A DNA stretch of 64,000 nucleotides from a virus (taxonomy: Duplodnaviria > Caudoviricetes), in IMG/VR virus record IMGVR_UViG_3300028886_000028, positions 192,001 to 256,000 of that record. One strand, written 5' to 3'. The notes under the pieces are model-generated. The model made no database searches and was not told where the DNA came from. It was given only the letters and a program-made list of their open reading frames with translations. Below are positions 57,641 through 64,000 of the stretch, piece by piece; the stretch's first letter is position 1, and every line of letters begins with the position of its first letter. Made by a program: the position numbers and the translations under genes.

Positions 57641-58531
57641 ATGGAAAAAAAAGTTTTTAAAGATTGTGAAGTAGGAGATAAATTATATCTAATAGAGTTT
57701 AATAATAATTTAAACATTAAAGAAACTACGTTTAAAAGTAAAACACATTATTGGCATGAAGCAAGTTATACCATTTATTTAGAAAATGAAACGCCTTCTA
57801 CGGGCTGTATAGATGCCAGAAGTAGAAATAAAAATCTATTCACCACTAAAGAAGAAGCTGAAGAATTTAGGAATGAAATTATTAACGGCAAAAAAGTTTT
57901 TCTTACCGCCAAAAAAGGCGATACTGTTTATATAGTTGTACGTGGGGAATCAGACATTTTAAAGTCTAAGCTAGATTATGATTATGATAGAAGTACTCCT
58001 ACTGAGCGAGTAAGATTTTATTTTTGTAAATATAAAAAATATATAACTGATTTTCCAAGCGAACTAGAAGATAAAGCAGAAATTTCTTTTTATAATGATG
58101 CTTATAAACGTGTAATTGTAAAATATTTTTTAAACGAAAAAGATGCTATAAATTACATCAAATATTCAGAAAGAAGGAAGAAGAAAAACGCAACAGATAA
58201 ATACATAAAGTCAATTGAAAATCATGATGGAAAGCCTATTTCATTAAAAGATAACGCAGGAAATGATTTACACTATGGCGACACTGTTGTTTATATAAGG
58301 AGAATTGGGTACAACGCCCATCCAGAATTAAGGAAAGGTGTTATAATTGGTGAGTCAAAAACCACGATAAGAGTGCTTGACGAATGTGAAAAGAAAAATG
58401 GTATACCGATGGGATTTCGAGGAGAAAGAACTAAGGAATCTGATGGAACGCATTCTGTGCAGTCTCAAAGCGTTATGCTGTTTAAAACAGCCGAGGTTAA
58501 TACCAAAAGTGGATTTGTTTTTACAAAATAA
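57641..58531 (+). CDS. Hypothetical protein with repeated GD.VY (SH3-like) modules
   Basis: VGDKLY...FTTKEEA; KGDTVY...FLNEKDA; YGDTVVY. Confidence 0.6.
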   Translation: MEKKVFKDCEVGDKLYLIEFNNNLNIKETTFKSKTHYWHEASYTIYLENETPSTGCIDARSRNKNLFTTKEEAEEFRNEIINGKKVFLTAKKGDTVYIVVRGESDILKSKLDYDYDRSTPTERVRFYFCKYKKYITDFPSELEDKAEISFYNDAYKRVIVKYFLNEKDAINYIKYSERRKKKNATDKYIKSIENHDGKPISLKDNAGNDLHYGDTVVYIRRIGYNAHPELRKGVIIGESKTTIRVLDECEKKNGIPMGFRGERTKESDGTHSVQSQSVMLFKTAEVNTKSGFVFTK

Positions 58532-58534
58532 TAT

Positions 58535-58792
58535 ATGGAAGAATTACTAGAAAATACATGGTATTTAATTTTGTTTCTCATAGAAATAGCAGTAGTACTT
58601 GTTATAATTGATGCTATTATGAGCATTATAGGGAGTATGCTAGGTTTTTCTTGGAAAAAAGTATTAATGTGGGCAGCAACCGTGTTTGGAATTTTATGGT
58701 TAAGAGACTTCATTAAAAAACGCAAGCAAAAAGCACAGAAAGAGATAGTGCAAGAGTTAACAGAAGATGATTTTGAAACAATTAATAATTAA
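58535..58792 (+). CDS. Small membrane protein
   Basis: Two hydrophobic segments followed by basic tail. Confidence 0.6.
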   Translation: MEELLENTWYLILFLIEIAVVLVIIDAIMSIIGSMLGFSWKKVLMWAATVFGILWLRDFIKKRKQKAQKEIVQELTEDDFETINN

Positions 58793-58800
58793 ATAAAAAA

Positions 58801-59712
58801 ATGATTATAGGAAGAAATGAGCCTCTTGATTACAAGAGTGTATTTGAAACAATTGTAAATACGACTGCTGAATATATTAAGTCGTGTAAGTTAGAAACAA
58901 TGGTACTAGGCTTAAGCGGTGGGCTGGATTCTACAGTTTGCGCTGCCATTTGCAGCAAGGTCGCTGAAAAAACTGGCGCTGTGCTATATGGCGTAAATTT
59001 ACCGTGCTCTACAAATAAAGAAGATGAAAACAATTCTGCTGATTTGGCAGGACAAGAATTTTGTAATGCATATGTTAAAGCGGGGATTCAAGAAACGTTT
59101 GAGTGCGTTGAAAAGTTATGCGATACTGTATCTACTTTACCAAGTACTAAAATATCACAAGGTAATATAAAAGCTCGTCTGAGGATGATTACTCTATATG
59201 ACATTGCAAGTAAAATGCATGGTATTGTAATAGACACAGATAATTTAACAGAACATTTCCTTTCTTTCTTCACCATAAATGGCGATGTTGGAGATTTAAA
59301 CCCAATAGGTAATCTTTGGAAAACTGAAGTATATGGGTTGGCTGAGTATATGTGTAAAGAAGTGTTCAATGATTCTGCCGCATTGAGAGCCGCTATTGAA
59401 ATAACTCCTACTGATGGCAATGGCGTGTCTAATTCAGATTTAGACCAAATCATGCCGGGTTATACATATGATGATGTTGACTCAATTCTTATGCCTTGGG
59501 TTACTCTTGATAATCGTATTAAAGAGTCTTTTTTAAAGAATGGCTTTAATCAAAAAGGTACTGTATTTGCTAAATTGGTTGAAAAATATGGAGAAGATAA
59601 CGTGAAACGTGTTATTATGCGTTCTGTTACATCTGAATTTAAAAGATTTCCACACCCAACACCAATTGATGTGTTTAGAGGGCAAATAGTTAAGAAATAT
59701 ACTATCGAATAA
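58801..59712 (+). CDS. nadE: NH3-dependent NAD+ synthetase
   Basis: VLGLSGGLDS, GNIKARLRM..LY, TDNLTE, FT..GD.GD..PI..LWKTEV. Confidence 0.9.
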   Translation: MIIGRNEPLDYKSVFETIVNTTAEYIKSCKLETMVLGLSGGLDSTVCAAICSKVAEKTGAVLYGVNLPCSTNKEDENNSADLAGQEFCNAYVKAGIQETFECVEKLCDTVSTLPSTKISQGNIKARLRMITLYDIASKMHGIVIDTDNLTEHFLSFFTINGDVGDLNPIGNLWKTEVYGLAEYMCKEVFNDSAALRAAIEITPTDGNGVSNSDLDQIMPGYTYDDVDSILMPWVTLDNRIKESFLKNGFNQKGTVFAKLVEKYGEDNVKRVIMRSVTSEFKRFPHPTPIDVFRGQIVKKYTIE

Positions 59713-59743
59713 AAATATTTTTTTAAAAAAATTGGAGAATAAT

Positions 59744-59773
59744 TTTGTTCTTCAATTTTTTTTTGTATATTTG
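59744..59773 (+). promoter_or_regulatory. Bacteroidetes promoter
   Basis: TTTG-N18-TATATTTG. Confidence 0.65.
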
Positions 59774-59794
59774 CGATAGTTAAAATATTTGAAA

Positions 59795-60043
59795 ATGAAT
59801 ATACATGAAATTAAAACGTTGATAAGAGGCAGCACAAAAAAAAATGATACGTTACCTCTTTCTGATTTAGCAGAACTTAAATCTATTGCAAATGTTACAT
59901 TAGAAATAGACAGGGAAACAAATGATTATTATTACAAAGTTGATATTAACGATTTAATTGATAAAGAATTTAACACTACTATAATAACAGATAATGGATG
60001 GGAATTATCACTAGATGAACAATATATATATTTATTTATTTAA
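59795..60043 (+). CDS. Hypothetical protein
   Basis: ATG 59795 preferred to TTG 59789. Confidence 0.6.
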   Translation: MNIHEIKTLIRGSTKKNDTLPLSDLAELKSIANVTLEIDRETNDYYYKVDINDLIDKEFNTTIITDNGWELSLDEQYIYLFI

Positions 60044-60055
60044 TTTTTATAAAAT

Positions 60056-60490
60056 ATGATAAACATAAACGTATACGGTAGATTAGGCGCAGATGCCGAA
60101 CTTATAAATGGAAAAAATGGTCAATTTGCATCTTTTCGTTTAGCAGTTGATGACAGAAAAAACAGTGAAAAAACGACAACATGGTTCAGGGTGACTCTTA
60201 ATGGAGATAGAGCCGGAAAAATTGTAGAGTATTTAACCAAAGGAAAACTTGTATATGTTACAGGAACAGAAACGGTAGGGACATATCAAGCAAAAGACGG
60301 CTCAATACAGGTATCAAGAGATATTAGCGCCACAAATATAGAATTTATATCTGTTGGCAGTGGAGCAACAGCATCAGAAACAACAGTGGAAAAATCTGAG
60401 CCTGCTGTTTCAACTGGCACATTGAAAAAACCTTCTGAAGTAAAAGTACCAGTTACAGCAGCAGAGCCTGAAGATGATTTACCATTTTAA
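60056..60490 (+). CDS. ssb: Single-stranded DNA-binding protein
   Basis: GRLGADAE, F.LAV, TTWFRV, YLTKGKLVYV.G, C-terminal DDLPF. Confidence 0.93.
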   Translation: MININVYGRLGADAELINGKNGQFASFRLAVDDRKNSEKTTTWFRVTLNGDRAGKIVEYLTKGKLVYVTGTETVGTYQAKDGSIQVSRDISATNIEFISVGSGATASETTVEKSEPAVSTGTLKKPSEVKVPVTAAEPEDDLPF

Positions 60491-60506
60491 ATGGTACTAT
60501 TTTAGT

Positions 60507-60533
60507 AAAAGCAGTCAGTAATGGCTGCTTTTT
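60507..60533 (+). terminator. Intrinsic terminator
   Basis: AAAAGCAGTCA-GTAA-TGGCTGCTTTT. Confidence 0.8.
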
Positions 60534-60540
60534 ATATTTT

Positions 60541-60665
60541 TTTAACACAAAATATTTGCCTATATGCAATTTTTTTATTACCTTTGCAGTATGAAAAATC
60601 AAATAATACATTAACTTTATTTAACATAAATAATTTTGTTTTATTAGATTAATTTTGTATATTTG
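60541..60665 (+). promoter_or_regulatory. Two tandem Bacteroidetes promoters
   Basis: TTTAAC-N8-TTTG-N20-TACCTTTG (60541-60586) and TTTAAC-N9-TTTG-N19-TATATTTG (60620-60665). Confidence 0.8.
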
Positions 60666-60697
60666 TAACAAGTGTTCATTACTAAATAAAAAAGAAT

Positions 60698-62041
60698 ATG
60701 GCAAATAATAAGAAAAATGAATCTCCTATTGTAGAGGTTTCAGTATGTACTACTCAGGTGGCAGAAAAGCCAAAAAGGTCAAGAAAGAAGTCAGCAACAT
60801 CTACTAGGGGGGTTGAGGCTGTAATCAGTGAAATTACTGAAAGGAAAGGCACTGTTGGAGAAACAACCACTGCCATTGCTAACATTTTAAAAGATAAGGA
60901 GCAGAAAGAAGTCAGTACGTTCAGAAGAATTAACGATGATGGAATGGTTAATATGTCTGAATTTACTCAAAAAGAACTTGATGAATACCATGCCATTGGT
61001 AAGAAATTGAACGTCCATGATAAGATGTCAATATCTAATTATGGTTCTGAATTAAGTGAGCAACTTAACCGCAGCACGAAGGAACTGATGGCTCGTGGCT
61101 CTACCACAAAACTGGGTGACGAAACTAAATCCATAATGAAAGAAATAAGTTCAAAACTTACCAATATAGATTTGGATGAAATTAAACGCCCCAATTGGTT
61201 TGTTAGAACTATTCGTGAGATTCCTCTTCTTAATAAAATGTTTTTCTCAATTAAAGCATTCATCAATAAATGCGAAAGCCTTGAGAAAGATGTTGAATTG
61301 ATGCAAGAAAAACTACACGCCGCACAGGCAATTGCCCTTCGTGATAACACAGAATTAGAGCAAAGATTTCAAGAAACTATATCATATATAGAAGTATTGG
61401 AGAAGTTAATTATTGCAGCAAAGCTTAAGTCAGAAGAGTATGGCAAGGCGCTTGAGGTGATGGAATCACAGCCAGAAAAATACTCAGCTATTGATATACA
61501 TGATACAAGAAACTTTAAGCACGAACTTGACAAGAGAGTGGAGGCTATGCTTACTTGGCACTTATCATTTAATCAGTCTTTGTTCCGCATCCGTGATATC
61601 CAGGATGCTAACATTGCTCATAGCAATTCAATTTCACAAGACATTGATAACATGATGCCAATGCTTCGTGACCAGTTACAGCAAGCAGTGTATTTGTATA
61701 ATCTTGAACAAGGTCTAAAGGCGCATGAAGTTATGATAAATGGCTTCAATGAAATACTGGCACACAATGCGGATGCAACGCACGACCTTAAAGTTCGTGT
61801 TACTAAGATGACTGAAAGCCCATCAATTAAGCTTGAAACTCTTAAGCATAACCAAGAAAAAATCAAAGAAACTACCCGTGATTGCTTGCGCATTATTGAC
61901 GAAGCAGCTAAAGAACGCTTGAATAACGAGCGAGAAATGGCTAAAATGAGGGCTGAACTTGATTCTATGATGTCAGGCATTTCTGTTGATAGTAATACTA
62001 AAAGTGCTGCTGCAATAGAGGCTAAATATTCTACAGACTAA
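60698..62041 (+). CDS. Toxic anion resistance protein (TelA/KlaB-like)
   Basis: SISNYG.E, L..ID.DE, L.RDN..LE, Q....IR.IQ.AN, ...MP....Q helical pattern. Confidence 0.7.
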   Translation: MANNKKNESPIVEVSVCTTQVAEKPKRSRKKSATSTRGVEAVISEITERKGTVGETTTAIANILKDKEQKEVSTFRRINDDGMVNMSEFTQKELDEYHAIGKKLNVHDKMSISNYGSELSEQLNRSTKELMARGSTTKLGDETKSIMKEISSKLTNIDLDEIKRPNWFVRTIREIPLLNKMFFSIKAFINKCESLEKDVELMQEKLHAAQAIALRDNTELEQRFQETISYIEVLEKLIIAAKLKSEEYGKALEVMESQPEKYSAIDIHDTRNFKHELDKRVEAMLTWHLSFNQSLFRIRDIQDANIAHSNSISQDIDNMMPMLRDQLQQAVYLYNLEQGLKAHEVMINGFNEILAHNADATHDLKVRVTKMTESPSIKLETLKHNQEKIKETTRDCLRIIDEAAKERLNNEREMAKMRAELDSMMSGISVDSNTKSAAAIEAKYSTD

Positions 62042-62049
62042 AAAATTAA

Positions 62050-62087
62050 ATATGCTAAACCATTCTAAAATGTTTGGTTTAGCATAT
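62050..62087. repeat. 13-bp perfect inverted repeat without U tract
   Basis: ATATGCTAAACCA-N12-TGGTTTAGCATAT. Confidence 0.8.
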
Positions 62088-62122
62088 GATTATAAACAAA
62101 CAAATTATGATAAAAATTTCGT

Positions 62123-63220
62123 ATGCGAATAAAATTTGAAAATGAAACAAATTCCATAGGCTTGCAACTGGGACTTCCTATTGATTCAATTATAAGAGAT
62201 TTAAATGAATTTTCGCCGTTAACTAAAGTTGCTCCAAAATGGGTGTCTCTTTCGAACGATAACATTTCTTTGATGCAACTGTTAGACGTTGACGTAGAAA
62301 TGCTTAAAGGAGGGAAAACCAATGGTAATAGTGATGGAGAAAATTTTATTCCTGGAGAAATATATTCTATTAGCAAAGAATCAGTAGAAGGAGTCGAATT
62401 TGGGCGTTTATATTTTAGATTGTATGGGCTAATCAAAGAATATAAAGGGGTAAATCTAGATTCTTTAATTGTAAAAGAAGTAAGTATAAATGATAAAGGA
62501 GAAATAATAGAGGGTGTAAACGTGTCTGGTAGGCGAACATTCTCCATGTCTCCGTCGATGTGCAAAATGATGGGCATTAAATACAGCCCTGGATTTGAAC
62601 TTTGGCCAATAAACAGTGGATTTGAAAAGGTAGAACTTAAGCCAAGCAATTATCATGACGTTAGTAGAATTAATTATGGTAATATGTTAACGTATCCTAC
62701 TTCTGAAATAGATGGAACAATAAGGAAAATTATAGTAGAGTTGCATGGCTTTTCACCATTCAATAATTCTCATATTATTACTCCAACCGGGGCACTGATA
62801 CCTACTAATGAGTTTGTTTCCTCTCTAACAATATTTGCTAGGCAAAACATATCAACAGATAACGGCTGTGCCGGATTTAAAAAAGGGGAAACATTGCCAT
62901 TTAAAATTGTTTCTAGACAGGATGACGATAGGCCAATTTCTATTTGTGACGAAAAGCATAATATTTATGCAGAAGTGTCGCTAACAAAGCAGTCGTTTAA
63001 TGTAACAACACCGGATGGTATAATAGGAGTGTCCCCTACAGCATTAGATGGCAAAGATATTGATGATGTGATTGGCGTTAAATGGGACGAATCTAGTGAC
63101 GAAAGTAATAAAAACCCAAGCGAACATTTAACAGCAAATTTATCTGCTGAAAATATAGAAAACGTATTCAAAGCGTTAGATAGACATTTTTGCAAAACAC
63201 GATTTAATAGACTTTTTTAA
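62123..63220 (+). CDS. Hypothetical protein
   Basis: 365-aa ORF; no recognisable motif. Confidence 0.65.
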   Translation: MRIKFENETNSIGLQLGLPIDSIIRDLNEFSPLTKVAPKWVSLSNDNISLMQLLDVDVEMLKGGKTNGNSDGENFIPGEIYSISKESVEGVEFGRLYFRLYGLIKEYKGVNLDSLIVKEVSINDKGEIIEGVNVSGRRTFSMSPSMCKMMGIKYSPGFELWPINSGFEKVELKPSNYHDVSRINYGNMLTYPTSEIDGTIRKIIVELHGFSPFNNSHIITPTGALIPTNEFVSSLTIFARQNISTDNGCAGFKKGETLPFKIVSRQDDDRPISICDEKHNIYAEVSLTKQSFNVTTPDGIIGVSPTALDGKDIDDVIGVKWDESSDESNKNPSEHLTANLSAENIENVFKALDRHFCKTRFNRLF

Positions 63221-63222
63221 AA

Positions 63223-63663
63223 ATGAAAAAAGAAATTGTTAATGAACCAAAAGAAATTAATTCTTATAGAGTTGTTCAAGACGGAAAAGAAATAATGGAC
63301 GCTCTTAAAAGTGGAGAAACAGTAATGCATTGGGAAAGCGGTTATTCTATGCACCCAATCATTAGCCATATGGAATATTGTAAAATAACTCCTTTGGAAA
63401 AAGTATTTGAAAGAATTAATGCTAAAGGTTGGGATTATTTTGTTGGCAAACCAGTGTTTTGCCATTTTGTTTATCCTCTTAAAGAAGGTGGGCATGGAGA
63501 TTTCTATATGGTTCATCGTTGCACAGAGGTATATGAACGTGATGGCGAAATATATTATAGAATTGATAGTACCGATGGAACATGTTTTGGATGGACAAAA
63601 GATGTATATGGCATAGCAGAAAGTACAGGTATATTTCAAAACGAAGAAATACTATGGAGTTAA
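63223..63663 (+). CDS. S24/S26 peptidase-like protein
   Basis: GYSMHPII (GxSMxP) and VGKPVFC...MVHR. Confidence 0.55.
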   Translation: MKKEIVNEPKEINSYRVVQDGKEIMDALKSGETVMHWESGYSMHPIISHMEYCKITPLEKVFERINAKGWDYFVGKPVFCHFVYPLKEGGHGDFYMVHRCTEVYERDGEIYYRIDSTDGTCFGWTKDVYGIAESTGIFQNEEILWS

Positions 63664-64000
63664 CAAAAGTTTTAGACGTTATTAACTACACAGGTAGAAT
63701 ATATTATATAAGGCCATATATTTGGGATGGCAAAATTGTAAGAAACACTGTTGGCACTGCTATCAAAGAAACAACTAAGTATAATAATTTTGGTAGGACG
63801 TATTCACTTGGAAGATTAGGTAGTTTACATTGGGACGATACAATTTTTCACCATATCAATGAAGGCGAAACTGTAGACGAAAATACAGTTATAAACAACG
63901 GTGGCGCATTAAGATTTTTTACAGATAGAGAAAGTGCAAAAAAAGCACTTGAAGATTATAGGGCACAACATGTTTATAAACTAAATGAGTCAATAGAAAA
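63654..64000 (+). CDS. Hypothetical protein, truncated by window end
   Basis: Open frame MELTKVLDVINYTGRIYY...FFTDRESAKKAL... to the last base. Confidence 0.6.
   Translation, partial: MELTKVLDVINYTGRIYYIRPYIWDGKIVRNTVGTAIKETTKYNNFGRTYSLGRLGSLHWDDTIFHHINEGETVDENTVINNGGALRFFTDRESAKKALEDYRAQHVYKLNESIE

Noticed and set aside
46184-60490. Bacterial chromosome origin suggested by dnaK, dnaJ, infC, tyrS, nadE and ssb
   Set aside because: These genes lack their normal operon partners and are interspersed with phage-type ORFs, tail genes and a gp55-like sigma.
1-64000. Lak-type TAG recoding (code 15) or TGA recoding
   Set aside because: Long conserved genes are uninterrupted in code 11. TAG ends genes at 19737, 27236, 45321, 48619 and 51766; TGA ends tyrS and others.
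1-64000. tRNA or rRNA genes, integrase, transposase
   Set aside because: None recognised by eye; intergenic gaps are short and explained by promoters and terminators. A tRNAscan/Infernal run would confirm.

Overview
This AT-rich, gene-dense window is almost entirely + strand and reads as part of a T4-like jumbo myophage infecting Bacteroidota, not a bacterial chromosome. Supporting signs are a gp55-like late sigma factor, PhoH, a gp5/gpV-like spike, tail fibres, orphan dnaK/dnaJ/infC/tyrS/nadE outside their usual operons, and about 11 Bacteroidetes-type TAnnTTTG promoters. Standard genetic code applies (TAG and TGA both act as stops). Layout: 0.3-26.2 kb is a tail-fibre/adhesin module (S74-chaperoned Cys-repeat fibre, three YYTK/coiled-coil fibres, five BspA-type LRR proteins). 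21.5-33.1 kb holds four glycosyltransferase-like genes, rmlC and the late sigma. 33.1-39.1 kb is a probable baseplate block. 39-64 kb holds early/host-takeover genes. Main leads: (1) four solitary genes, each with its own ATATTTAT putative late promoter and a T4-like (I/L)-x-E leader, as candidate packaged and injected effectors; (2) three LRR adhesins with a DNA-homogenised framework and hypervariable surface codons; (3) Ser-Gly tracts on adhesins beside glycosyltransferases and a late-promoter rmlC, suggesting virion glycosylation; (4) a stand-alone capsid N-terminus paralogue; (5) a sigma54-like promoter upstream of the dnaK block. All calls come from motif recognition by eye; no database search was run.
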